64,000 nucleotides of DNA from Octopus sinensis (taxonomy: Eukaryota), in the NCBI RefSeq assembly GCF_006345805.1, contig NC_043005.1, positions 104,842,001 to 104,906,000 of the forward strand, read 5' to 3'. The position numbers and the translations under genes were made by a program. Below the pieces are notes generated by a model. The model was not told the DNA's origin, ran no database searches, and saw only the letters and a list, made by a program, of their open reading frames with translations. Below are positions 41,585 to 55,190 of this stretch, one piece after another. How positions within the stretch are numbered: position 1 is the first letter of the stretch; the number at the start of each line of letters is the position of its first letter.

Positions 41585-42449
41585 ATATATGCATATGTAT
41601 ATATATAACATATATGTATATATATGCATATGTAGACGTTTGCGTATGCATATATGTGTTTATCACATGTCTGTGTGTCTTTGTGCTTCTATACAATAGC
41701 TTTCTGCAATCTACAACGATAGCAGCTAATTGTAGTTTATGAAAGGCCTTCATATTGCTCAGTCTGTACCGTGTCTTGAAGTTCCTATTTAGTATCAGCT
41801 CGAAAGAACGGTTGTTAGCAAGATGGTTTCCTGTAAATGTTGTACGAATCTGTACCATTATATTGTTTGTTTCGACTATAAAAAATTCTTTACAATTAAA
41901 AAAGCTGTTGACAACTGTTTCGTCTATAGAAATTCTCGAAGCTTAAATAAATTTTAATAAAAGCTTCAGTATATTTTAGAACGATTCTTTTGTGAAAGAA
42001 GTAAAATAGGAGATGGAAGAGAATGAGGAAGAGGAAAAGGGCATTGTGGGTTGGGGTGGTGGGGGATTTTATTATGTTTGCAAATAGTAACTTCACACAT
42101 ATGTCGAGTATATGTTGCTTTCTTTCGTGCTGTTTCATTAAAACAACAGATCCCTTAGAAACAATATAAACAATATGACTGTTAATAAAAAGAAAAGATA
42201 CTAATGATTTCTTTTATTTACCACAGGGGCGATGGATGAGATAATATTACGTGTACATATTACAATAATGGTGGAGGATTTCATAGAAAAGATTCGGAAA
42301 AAATTTCCAATATCCAAAAGTGAAATTACGCACTCCCGTTAGGGGATACTCTCCTAGAATTAATCAAAGAATCTACAACTAAGGGGGTATATGTACCACC
42401 AAGGGTAAATATACTCTTCTAGCTTTGTTCCTTGACAAATAGACGCTTA

Positions 42450-43250
42450 GAGAAGGAATATTCTGGCCAATATCACCCACTCCGTTCGGCAAAATTCCCT
42501 GGAGGCCAGCTCATCCTCCTCCACCCTAACTTTCGTTTTCTTAGTAGAACTTATAAAAATCAATGAAAGTTTGCCTGAAAAAGAAAAAAGGGTCCTTGAC
42601 TTGAATTCATTGAATTTGTTGACCGTACAACCATTTTCACAACAGTCGCCATACGAAGGAAAACTTCCTGCACATCCAGGCAGGAAGTCGGTGTATGATC
42701 CTCTCGATGAATCCAACGGAGAGTCAGATCTGTCCTACACGTGACAACAGTTGTTGAGCATTATACTACATACTGCCAATGCTTGGGCACTGAATGAGTG
42801 ATCGCAAAATTGATTCAGCACTTTGCATACCACTCGTAGGGACCTGGCTTCCATTACTTTCCTAGCTGAAAAGTTTATCCCAAATCAGTAATGTTTCTCG
42901 CTTTAGGTATAAGGCCAAAGATTTCTGGAAGTTGTTCTGGAAGTCTTAAGGACGAAATACTGTAATAGGTTACTCTGTTGACTTTTGTTGGCGCTGTTAC
43001 CCACCACTAATCCTCTCAAAATGCAATGGTTGCGGTACCACCGATTGTGTTAAAAGATCGGTGGAGAACTGTGAACTCCCGAAGATTGTGGTGACATGGC
43101 GCCCAAATTAGGCCTTCGTTTAACTCACTCTGCAAATCCGCAAAAATAAACCAACATTGGGATCACATGCTCAACAAACAGCGACCACTGTTCGGGGGTT
43201 TCTGCTTGTGCCGCGGCCCCAATACATTATTGCACACATGATGAACTTAT
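42450..43250 (-). mobile_element. Decayed 3' part of a Tx1/L1-like LINE
   Basis: Minus-strand FQKSLALY, AESILRSLIQCPSI...QQLLSRVG (decayed zinc-knuckle region) and KVRVE...F...WV..AR. Confidence 0.5.
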
Positions 43251-43681
43251 GAATACTGAGTACCGTATAAAGAGTGTTTGAACTGCATATGAACCTTCTG
43301 TTCAGTGAACTGCACCATTTTCACGAAACAAAACATACACTCTTACCTGTTCAAAAGAAAGCTAGAACAAGCAAGATGACCGGGTGGTATTGTATATCAT
43401 AAATGCAATGCATACGTTTGCGGCATCCAGCTTACATATTAGGGGTAGCATTATCTCAGATCATATCTGGAAAACACCGGTTACTCTGTTCAAAACCTTA
43501 TCCATTTTCTCATTTACTTGGAAATCGGGATCAAACTATCAATCAATCGATCTGTCAGTCAGTCAGTCAGCCAGTCAATCAGTCAGTCTGACTGTCAGTC
43601 TACTTGCCTGTCTGTCTGTATGTATACATTTACTCAAACATCTCTCCTATGTGTGTTTGAGAGTTTATGCACGAGTGTTTG

Positions 43682-43790
<109 letters not shown>

Positions 43791-44184
43791 GTCTGTCTGT
43801 CTGTCTAACTAACAAGCTAGCTAGCTATAACATATATTCATACATACATACATCCCTTTGTATGAGAAAAATATACGTGTATATACATGCATGTATACAT
43901 GCATGTATACATATGGTACATATGAGTGTGTGTGAGTATGTGTGTGTGTGTGGGGGGGTATCTTTAGACCGGTATAAAGAAAAGATATTCACGAATGTCT
44001 TTAATTATAAATTAAATGGGGATAAGCTATTTCATCTGGAGAAGAAAAATGAAATATGAGGATCAAAACACCGTTGTTGTTGTTTATCACACACACACAC
44101 ACACACACACGCCCAAGAACACGCATACATGCGCATGTACACATATACATAACTCTATATACACACACACACACACACATATAT

Positions 44185-44600
44185 AGTAACTGTGTAGTAA
44201 GTAGCTTGCTTACCAAACACATGGTTCTGGGTTCAGTCCCACTGCGTGGCACCTTGGGCAAGTGTCTTCTACTATAACCTCGGGCCGACCAATACCTTGT
44301 GAGTGGATTTTGAAGGTGGAAACTGAAAGAAGCCTGTCGTATATATGTGTATGTATATATATATATACATATATGTGTGTGTGTGTGTGTTTGTGTGTCT
44401 GTGTTTGTCTCCCCAACATCGCTTGACAACCGATGCTGGTGTGTTTACGTCCTCGTCGCTTAGCGGTTCGGCAAGAGAGTCGGATAGAATAAGTACTAGG
44501 CTTACAAAGGAGAAGTCCTGGGGTCGATTTGCTCGACTAAATGCGGTGCTCCAGCATGGTCGTAGTCAAATGACTGAAACAAATAAAAGAATAAAAGAAT
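44185..44600 (+). mobile_element. SINE family A, near full length
   Basis: Matches 15793-16200 along its length. Confidence 0.92.
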
Positions 44601-45129
44601 ATATATATATACATTTGTATACATACATCTGTATATGTCTGTGTGTATATAAATGTACACACATATATATACATACATACATACATACATGCATACATAC
44701 ATACATTCATATATACATTCACACATATACATACATACATACATACACACACATACATACATGCATGCATGCATGCATGCATACATACATTCATATATAC
44801 ATTTACACATACACATATACATACATACATACACACACACATACATACATGCATACATACATACATTCATATATACATTCACACATACACATATACATAC
44901 ATACATACATACACACACACATCCATACATGCATGCATGCATACATATATACATACATACATACATACATGCATACATACATACATACATATACATATAC
45001 ATACATATACATACATATACATACGTATATACGCACAAAAATGCATGAACACGAGTTTGGGCCATTCTTACTTATAATACCTACAAGTTTTATCTGTTGG
45101 CGTGAAAATTAGTTGTGCATAGAACACAA

Positions 45130-45400
45130 AAGCTGAAGATAGGAAGCACTTCTGAAACATTCCAGAACAGACTGAAGCAACAATACCGACTTCTCTGTGC
45201 TCTTCTTTTCGCTTCTCTCTCCACAAAACGTTGTAACCGCATCTAACATTATGATTTTGACCTCACATTGACATCCAGTTTCTGATAGTGTGGCTATATC
45301 TACGATGTATCGTCTCATTTCTCATGCAACAATTGCAGTACATCTGAGTCTACATCCACTCTTGTTAACTAGCTCTTCACACACATTCTAACACGGAATT
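45130..45400 (-). mobile_element. RTE-type AP-endonuclease N-terminal relic
   Basis: TAIVA.EMRRYIVDIATLSET resembles TA.VAREL.RY.IDIAALSETR. Confidence 0.7.
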
Positions 45401-46365
45401 TTATATATTTTCCTTCTATTCTTTGAGCCCAAAATGGATGTAGTCAGTTGCACCAAACTTACCAAAAAGAAAGAAAAGCAGGTTTTGATGATTATTTTCT
45501 CAATTTACCCGTTACCCGGGTGAGCTGAGTTCTCGCTATATGCGGCACTTAGATGCTCATGCAGCAAGCGAATCTGCCGAAGTGCACATTCATAACTGTG
45601 CATCCGATTCTCCACGCATCAGACCTGTTCGAGGCGCCGCCTTTCCATTTCCGCAAGGCGAAAGTGTGGGAGATAAATATACCTGTGTAGGCAAGAGTTT
45701 TAGCTCCGATTGGGCTTGCACACTGCTTCATACACACTCTCTACCCTATTATTATGATCTAGATACAAGCCGAAGCAAGGTATCTGGTGTCAATATCTGA
45801 ATAAGTGTATGATTAGTGTTACGTTTTCCCAGTAGTCAATCAATCAACATCCGTAATCAAGGGAATTAGATGCACAACAAAAGACCCAGCCACCATACTC
45901 CATATTTCCCAGTCATCAATCAACATCTCGTTTTTTCATCATCGCCACCCACTTCAGGTCCTTCTACTATTTCGAGCAGTAAATATCGTAATGTATATTC
46001 CCTTCATTGAGTTTATGTGTACATACATACATACACACATACATACATACACACATACATACATACATACATGCATACATACATCTACATAGACATACAT
46101 GTATATAGTTATATATATGTGTGTGTGTGTGTGTGCATGAATGTATATGTGGGGGTGTATTTATATACAATATTTATATACAATCTATATAGGTATATAT
46201 AGAGAGATAGATTGATAGATAGATGCATACATACATACATATACATATACACTCATATATATTCACATACATATATGTGTATGTATACGCGCATAAACAT
46301 ATATATATCTATAAAGATATATATATATATTTATATAATAATATATATATATATATATATATATC

Positions 46366-46475
<110 letters not shown>

Positions 46476-47881
46476 ATCTATATATATATATATATTATAT
46501 ATATATATATAGATATATACATCTCTCTGTTTCAAATGTATATTAGTAGATACTGTTGGTCGCAGTCAGGATATATCATGCATTGTAAATTTAACAAAAT
46601 CTTATCCTGCCTAGTTTAAGCATTTTATAGAAAGTTCTTAAATAGAGTAAAACGGAAAATAGTCGGATCTAAATAACCGTTTATTGAATCTATGTTGCAA
46701 AAGGGTTGAAGCTAAGATTCATTGATGTAGCAATTGTTTGGAGCTAATATTCGGATACTTAGGGGATCAAAACAGTATATTATCATCTACGTGCAGAGGC
46801 GTTATATCATATAATGGCTTAACAATTTTTTACTAATATCTGCGCTATTGTGTTTCTCTTAGCTTGCTGTTCCCGGTAGATTGTGTTCTATAAACGGAGG
46901 AAATGGGAAACCAACTCATTTTGTGTTGGTTTCTTAGGACACACATTTGTATGTGCACAAATGTATGTGTTTATGTTTAGTGTGTGGGGTGTATATACAT
47001 GTGTGTATGCACGGGTCTGTGTGCCTGACTTCGGATAGCAAAAATTTGTTTCTAACCATTTACAGACCACCTTAAACTAAAATATTAGTGTGTATTAACG
47101 AAACTCTGACGGAAATTGCACGAGGCACTCCTCATGATATGTTTTATTTAATTCCGTATAGTTAATGTCACCTTGAAGGAAATTTTAGAAAAGACAAGAA
47201 AACTTATACACAAACAGAGAAATAAATAAAACATAAGGCGTGTTATTAGGTTTTTATTATATTTTGTAAATATAAACATGTCAAAGAAATTTTCTTAGGA
47301 GTTGCTGTTTGGATCTTGTTTCAAGCGAATCGGAAATAAATACCGTCCTGGACAGGACACAAGTCTACAGTAATTAACATTTCGAAATTTATCTGGAACT
47401 TGTTTCCGACAGCTAGATAAACAGTGCAGCGGAGAATTGTGTTCTGACAGAAAGATATCAAAAGTGATTATAAATGCAAAATATTCCATCTCTTAGACCA
47501 AACTATCATCTCAATATTTTCCTCTCAGTTTACTGTATATTCACTAAAATACGCTAATAACATCTCACAAAGTCAAAATGTGACTGGGATTTTATGAGAT
47601 TTACACCTTCGCTGTGTTTGCCTCTGCAATGTTTAAAGTAGTCGTACTTTTACCATGGAAGTCCATTAAATTTCTGCTTGACAATTCAGGCATGATACAC
47701 AACTCTCAAGATGTCTGCTTCCCAAATCTGAAACTAGTCAAGAAATATATTGATTGATGACCTAAATGGCACACTAAGGGGGCAATGTATTCCATTTAGC
47801 CAAGTATTTAAATTTCCAAACGACTGGCAACTTATTCTCCATAGGACACATGTCAGTGTAACGGGAATTTGATTATGTAGT

Positions 47882-47915
<34 letters not shown>

Positions 47916-48907
47916 GTCCATTACTTCTTTAAGCTATCTGTAAAACAATATAGATATATATAAGAAGCGGTCCAGATGGTTGTCGTAAATATCATGAAAG
48001 AATATTTATACTCCGCTATAACTGATGTAGTTGGAGCTCTCATTTATAAAACATGTTTGGGAACCCTTCTTTTTAAAACATCCCGATGGGATTTGAAATC
48101 AAAACTGGGGACTATGATATTAAATAATGCAAATTAAATTCTATTGTATTTTCTGTTTTATACATGTCCAAGACTTGCAAAAAACTTGGAATGTTAAAAT
48201 GTACAATATATATTTTTTAATATTCATTTTAAGATAGTCCAGACACGAAAGAAATTATTTATGTTGTAGCATATTTAGTGAATATTATAGCGTAAATATT
48301 GTGCACTGTATTCATTGTATAGAATAGGATGTACACTGAATGTTGTACACATACTTACGTATATAAATGTATAAGTGTATTTACGTGTACGCGTGTGTGT
48401 GTGTGTGTGTGTGTGTCTGTGTGTGTGCGCGCGCGTACATGTGTGTGAGTGTGTTTCTATAAACAGGCTTGTGCGTATGTACATATGTACATGTGTCAAC
48501 GTTATGTTGAATATAAAGAATGCCTTTTTTGTATAAGTAGTACTTCTGTCGTTACTAATATTTTTTTAATAATCCTGATGGTTCTGTAGTGGTCTATGTA
48601 CTGACTATATATAACCACTACAGTTCTTGGTTACATCAGTGCTTGGAAAGTGGTTAGATCTCTATTAACCATTGGTGGTGAGATTTGGCTGGTATGCGGT
48701 TAGCGGATGCCGACCACTGAAGAGACGGAGAACATTGAAATCACGTGATCTCGCAGTTCTCGCGCCCGTAGCAGACGATTCGCGTCCGCCTACGATCTAG
48801 ATATGTGCACTTATATACACCATGAATCCATATGAGAAGTCTTCTCAGGGTGAAATACTGGAGTACTCGCCGGTAAAAAGACATCCACGCTGATTAGGAT
48901 AAACACT

Positions 48908-48954
<47 letters not shown>

Positions 48955-49060
48955 CAAGCGCACGCGTACACACACACACACACAACACACACACACACAC
49001 ACACACACAACACACATACACACAAACATACACACATAAATTTTTACTGGGAAGAGTTTG

Positions 49061-49104
49061 AGAGTGACTTCGAAGTTTCGGCTACCTCGCCTTCACCAGA
49101 CAGT
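49061..49104 (-). ncRNA. Hammerhead-like relic (A6G) with a 10-bp palindromic stem III
   Basis: actgt CTGGTGA a ggc gaggta gcc GAAA CTTCGAAG TC actct. Stem I pairs only partly. Confidence 0.5.
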
Positions 49105-49573
49105 ACTTTACTTGGGTTCTTTTGGGCTTTGTATAGTTTTTGGCAAGTTGTTTTTATGATTAGGTTGAGCTATGTTAGGCGTCGGCAGGATTGCTAGAAA
49201 TATACGATGAGAAGATTTGTTTTCACTTGACATTTTCTTTTTGTTTAGGGTTTAGTCAGATGTGGAAGCAGATGCCCCAAATTCAGGTTACAACATTCTT
49301 TTTGTGGAACATTGGCTCTCGTGTTGTAGGGCTAAAGAAAGAACGTTAGCATATAAACCACTTGGTCATGTGGCTTCGGTCAAACTGTGATTGAATAGGT
49401 ATTAGATTTCTGTTATGAAATTTATACTGGGTAATTTGGAATGGCTAGTATCGCGGACTCCATGTTACTATAAGTATTTATATTATAATATTGTAGACAA
49501 ATACATAAACGTAACAGCTTGACGTTACCTAGGAATCCAGATAAATGCATAAGGATGATGCATTTTCCCATAG

Positions 49574-49634
49574 GTATCTCCAGGTATATCAAGCAAGCGA
49601 CAAATTTTGAAAACCCTGTACCGTTGATTCCTAC
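49574..49634 (+). CDS. Candidate micro-exon, (G)ISRYIKQATNFENPVPLIPT
   Basis: ttttcccatag| acceptor and |gtaata donor; phase-compatible with 50406-50460. No homology recognised. Confidence 0.2.
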
Positions 49635-50405
49635 GTAATACTTTTCTTTACGGCCCAATTTCTAAACCGTTACGCAATGTTAGTCTCCTCTAGCAAGCAC
49701 AAAATCTTCAGAACTTTAAAACATTTCAAATCAATAAGTTTTTTTCAACAGTTAACCATGACAATTTTTCACTTCTTCTTCCACTCTACCATAAATAATG
49801 TTTCTACTAACAGGTACTACTGAAGGTTTTTAATCGACTACTCTATAACAATGATCTAAAAGTCCTACAATTACCACCCATAATACCTACAAAAAGCCAT
49901 CTAAAATATATTTTTTTAGAATCGCTTACATACAGGAATAAATTCCCTTGTATCCATACTGTTTCAAAAATAGGTTTGCAAGGAATTTTATATACACTTC
50001 AAAAGCCAAAACTTAGAAGTTACTGTCAATCTTTCTTTGCAAAAGCTAATCAATATGTATTGTACGAAAGTGTATTTTGCAATCCTTCAATTTAATTCAG
50101 CTTAGTGTTAAATTGTTTATATATATAACTTGACATTAAGACAAGCACTAATATATGTGAGTGTGCGAGTGTGTGCTTGTGTATGTGTGTGTTTGAGTGT
50201 TTGAACATTTATGCATGCATATATGTGTATAATGCAGAAATAAGGCATATCTCAAATGTTAGAAAAGTCACAAAGAATTCGATGAACAAAGCAAAAGATA
50301 TCTACTTCAGAGTAATTATGTATTTAAAATCTTGTATTTAAACCTAACACACTGAAAAAGTAGCTTCGTTATACATACTAAAATATATAGAAGCCCTTAT
50401 TTCAG

Positions 50406-50460
50406 TATCGAACCCGACACACGTGTGGTGCTGTTTGCAACATACCGACCAAGCCAAAAC
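50406..50460 (+). CDS. Candidate micro-exon, IEPDTRVVLFATYRPSQN
   Basis: cccttatttcag| acceptor and a weak |gtacga donor. Confidence 0.2.
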
Positions 50461-51111
50461 GTACGATTTTCATCCGAAACCACGTACAGAATGACACCTG
50501 AGCTAGAAATAATTCAAAATATATAGGAAGGAATAGAATGCGCCGAAATATTCCGCAACAGTCAATCTGCGTTGTTAACATCTTTATAGAATGAACTGTA
50601 AGCTCAAAATAAGAATAATAGTAATAACAACAACAACAACAACAATAAATAAGTAAAAATAATTCCATGTTATCTTACGCAGTACGTAAAATAAGATTAT
50701 CGCTAAACTAAAATTTGTTCGAATAATTATATTGTGTTGAATGCTATGTATAGATGATTTAGAAAGATACATATATGTCGTTGAAAAACTTAATCGGAGA
50801 ACCGAAAAAATAAAGCTTTTTACTTATTTATTTATTTAGTTTATAAATAAGCTTCTTTCAGTTTTTGTTCTGCAGTGCGATAGATATCTCCCTAGTTACA
50901 CTTACCGTCATAAATGCAGTGATGAAGCGATTGAATGATGAACAGTATCGGCCGTAAACAACGACGCTGTTGTTCATTAAATGCTATCTAAAATAAATAA
51001 ATAAATAAATACTATTGCATTTTGATGTTTATATTTATCAATGAAAGGCTGCCTCCATCATGTTAGTAATGAAAGTAAGTATAGCTATATCCATAAACGG
51101 CAATTTCTGTG

Positions 51112-51144
<33 letters not shown>

Positions 51145-51955
51145 GTGTGCGCGTGCGTGCGTGTGTGTCTGTGTGTGTGTGTATGTGTGTGTGTGCGCGT
51201 GCGTGCGTGTGTGTCTGTGTGTGTGCGTGCGTGTGTGTGTGTGTGTGTGTGATTTTGTTATTTTAACACCTCCAAGACTATCCAACCGATCTTGCACTTG
51301 GAATTTCAATAAATTTGATAATTTTTAATCAGCATCGATTTTTCAAAAATCAATAGGACATTTCATTCGAATTCTCATATGAATGTTATAACTTTTAAAG
51401 TTTCCCCCTGATTTTCTTGAAATTTTATACACAGATGGAATATGCGCTAAGGATGGGTTGAGACAATTAAATGTTTACCTGGACCACTCAAGCAAAGAGT
51501 TAGATGATTTTTGATTAACTGATTAACGAAATTTGGCCTAAACTGGTGTGGGGTTCAAATGTTCATCAATTATTTCAGCTTTCTCAGGTTGATGTAACGT
51601 GTATTTTCCTAACATCTGCACTTAAAATTATCAATCCTAAACGTTGCAGAGTTGTGTGCTAAAACATGTAACAGTATTTTCTTAACACCTGCACTTAAAA
51701 TTGCCGGTTCTAACCTTTGCAATCGGTATTTGATTCTCATGATCAGTGGAACTATACCTATGAAACATAGTCGTCAAATTAAGTGCGTGTGCACTTAAAA
51801 TTTTCTCTCGCGTTGCAAGAGAATTTGCCCCAAAATGACGAAAATCATCCGTTTTGTATGCTTTCTTCTCCTCCTCGTAGCATCTTACGACTCTTATGAC
51901 CACCACGCTGTCGCCTCTGGACTCCAGCCGTTTCTGTAAGTATAAAATCTCTTTT

Positions 51956-52314
51956 ACATTATTTCCATTATTTACATTTGAAGGATATTTTTCCTCATCT
52001 TGTTTGTTGTTAACACAACATTTCGGCTGATATACCCTCCTGCCTTCATCAGGTGTCTTGGGGAAATTTCCAACTTGGGTTCTCATTCCTAATATATTTT
52101 TTGATGTTGTTATTATTATTATTATTATTCAGGTCACTGCCTGGAATCGAACTCGGAATCTTGGGGTTAGTAGCCCGCGCTCTAAACCACTACGCCGTAT
52201 GCCCACGGGCATACGGCGTAGTGGTTAACAACAAACAAGATGAGGACAAGTAGCCGTCAAACGTAAATAATGCAAATATTGTACATAATTCCTCATCTCT
52301 TAAATATAGAACTG
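51956..52314 (-). mobile_element. tRNA-headed hammerhead element with internal fold-back and 13-bp TSD
   Basis: tRNA-like head 52204-52130 (A box cggcgtagtgg, B box gttcgattcc); (AAT)n; HHR 52057-52012; inverted restart 52207-52314; TSD taaaatctctttt at 51943-51955 and 52315-52327. Confidence 0.85.
52012..52057 (-). ncRNA. Minimal type I hammerhead ribozyme
   Basis: gacac CTGATGA a ggc aggagggtatatca gcc GAAA TG TT gtgtt. Loopless stem III (consensus probably ACGT); cleavage between 52017 and 52016. Confidence 0.7.
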
Positions 52315-52807
52315 TAAAATCTCTTTTCTCTAAATAATTTTTTGTTTACTTTTCAAACTTTTATATTCTTTTTTACACAGCACTCCTTTACAATTCTCTT
52401 CTTGATGTTTCCATTGATTATATCTTTGCAGCTTTCCACTCATCTGACCAAAGGATTGTCAGTTTCCGATTCCACACGTATTTATTTGTACTATTGTTTT
52501 GTGATTGAATTTGCTTACGCCTTCTACTATCTGTCCCAAGTCTTGATTTCATTTTTCGTCGGAGAGAAATTAAGCATTGTAATGGGTACTGGGAAAATCC
52601 CCTCTCCCGGGTATTACCGGGTACCTCAGCTACGATGCATACATACATACATACATACATACATACATACATACATACATACATACATACATACATACAT
52701 ACGTACATACATACATACATATATAATAATTGCAGCGTGGAAGGTGTTTATAAGCCATTTAAGAAACACACAAAACCGTTAGATTCACTTCAACATTTAA
52801 GTTTAAT

Positions 52808-52856
52808 TTGTCAAAATATTTTCGTCGCTTTGAGACCGCGACCTGTTCACTGACAA
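52808..52856 (-). ncRNA. Hammerhead-shaped relic with degenerate core
   Basis: ttgtca GTGAACA g gtcgc ggtctcaaa gcgac GAAA ATAT TT tgacaa. Stems I (6 bp), II (5 bp) and palindromic III are perfect, but the core has 2 changes. Confidence 0.45.
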
Positions 52857-52887
52857 ATGTAAGTACATCTCCGTAATATATATATAT

Positions 52888-52938
<51 letters not shown>

Positions 52939-53011
52939 CCATTAACATAGTTGTTACCGGGTACCTCAGCTATGATGCATACATACATACATACATACAT
53001 ACATACATACA

Positions 53012-53042
<31 letters not shown>

Positions 53043-53838
53043 GTATATATATATATATATATATATATTAACATAGTTGTTACACTGAGGTTAGTATTGC
53101 AAGAAAAATAGGGGTACATTTACTGAGTGCAAGTAGAGTCAAATTTTTTATAAAGTTCGTCTCTCGGTTTCGCTTTATGGCTACGGTGAATAAGGTTGAC
53201 TAAGCCGTTGGGCGAAACTCGCAGCCTCAGTCAGCATGAACCATACAAGTAACATGAAAACAAAGATTAAATAACTACATCCTACAGGATGTATATAGAT
53301 CAGATACATTTTTAGCTTGTCAATAAAACCGGAATAGTTTTGTATTACAATCGGTGATGTTCGATGATGAATGTGAGTTAATTTTCTAATGCATGCCGGG
53401 AAAGGAATTCATGAAACTAGGAGCTTTTGTCTATAACACACACCTTGACCTAAGCTCTAAAGGAGTCTGCACCGTGTTATACAGGAACTGATTTTCACAT
53501 TAAGTCACGCTTGGTTGGACTTATCACGGATAAGCAAAAGTCAGAGCTGGAGAGGAAAGAGAAATAATCTTGAGGAGGAGGAAGGATGGCGGAAGGAGAG
53601 GAAGGAGAGAAGAAGAGAGACTGAAAGAGAAGGTGTGAAAACAGCTGGAAGATGGTATTAACAGGTTGTAGTGGTTTTTATTTTTAGTGATGAGCCTAAA
53701 GAAAGCTAACCTCGGTGGCATTGTAGATAATCAGATTAAAGGCAATCTCTCATCTAGACTCAGCCACCTACATGCTGATATATTAACACACACTCTCTCG
53801 CTGTCTCTGTCTGTCTCTCTCTCATACACACCACAAGC

Positions 53839-53881
<43 letters not shown>

Positions 53882-54137
53882 TATGTGTATATGTGAATAT
53901 GTCTGTGCCTGTGAGTCTGTGAACACATATATATACGTATATATAGACAGACAGACACGCACATATGTGCACACGTGTACACAGACCCGAAAACGTAACA
54001 TCATATGCATATGCGCGCACACACACACACGTTCATACACACTTAAGGCGGAAGTGTGTGCATGGGATTGTAGTGTACACAGTACATGAAGTTGAGTATT
54101 TCGTATCGTATCTATGATTATAAGCATATATATATAT

Positions 54138-54170
<33 letters not shown>

Positions 54171-54202
54171 GAGAGAGGGAGGAGAGAGAGAGAGAGAGAG
54201 AG

Positions 54203-54280
<78 letters not shown>

Positions 54281-54767
54281 CAGAATACTGGGCCATGTGT
54301 AAGTAAATATACATATATGCATCTTTAGATAATATACAAATGTATGTACGAATCTATGTACGTATGTACGTATATGCATACGTTACGTGTATAGTAAAGC
54401 ATTTATGTATGTGTGTATGCATGTGTATATAATCATCTAATTGAATTCATGCAGACACACTGATCCAAATATTGTTCACACTGTCGACCTATCTACATAA
54501 GAACACATAATCACTTTGATACACATACATGTGGATATTTAGTGCTACCCACATACCCAAATACGTTCATATTGACAAAATACATGCATTCATAATTCGG
54601 AGAGATACATGCTTTTATGAATTGTTATATATCTACTTTGTCTATACAGTTTAATAACGTGCTTCTAGAGGTGTATTTTAAATTTATTTATATGTTTCTG
54701 CATATGATCTGGATAGTACACACACACATGCGCGTATATACACTGTATATATATACATATTTATATG

Positions 54768-54834
<67 letters not shown>

Positions 54835-54863
54835 TATTATATAATCTATATATTATATATATA

Positions 54864-54894
<31 letters not shown>

Positions 54895-55087
54895 ACTAAG
54901 CAATAAGGGTTTAGCAACGAGTTGCCTTGCCACATACCGAATTTAGAAATAGCAGTCAAAGGGTTATAGTTATAGCTATTTCTTCTACTAAAAAGGGAGA
55001 TTCAGTAAAAAACAGCATTTGGAAGGCAGACACAAACAGGTAAGAGAGAATGAATTGACTGCAATCTATCATACATTTTTTTAGTAT

Positions 55088-55190
55088 CCACGGACGTACG
55101 TTTCGAAATCAAGTTTTTAGGAAAGCATAAGAATTAAATATAAATATTAAATAATTCTATCTTACCGAACTTCTTTTCTCTTCAGCGTAG
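55088..55190 (-). ncRNA. Type I hammerhead ribozyme with complete core
   Basis: ctacg CTGAAGA [long stem II] GAAA CGTACG TC cgtgg. Stem I contains a U.G wobble. Confidence 0.85.

Noticed and set aside
41382-41858. 158-aa minus-strand ORF with ~70 non-repetitive codons
   Set aside because: No recognisable domain; the remainder is microsatellite.
47805-47815. Isolated HHR half-motifs such as GAAACTAGTC near 47.73 kb and CTGAAGA at 589/1495
   Set aside because: The partner core half is absent at a suitable distance on the same strand; the coordinates given only mark the general area.
50500-50601. Tetraspanin-like CCG (TTQIDCCG) on the minus strand
   Set aside because: Only the tripeptide matches; downstream cysteines and the conserved Q spacing are missing.
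52130-52204. tRNA gene
   Set aside because: A and B boxes are present, but the acceptor stem is poor, the anticodon is ACT, and it is fused to an (AAT)n plus HHR body. It is a SINE head.
53192-53230. TTGACTA a gcc gttg ggc GAAAC motif
   Set aside because: Two core changes and no recognisable UH site; could be chance or a very old relic.
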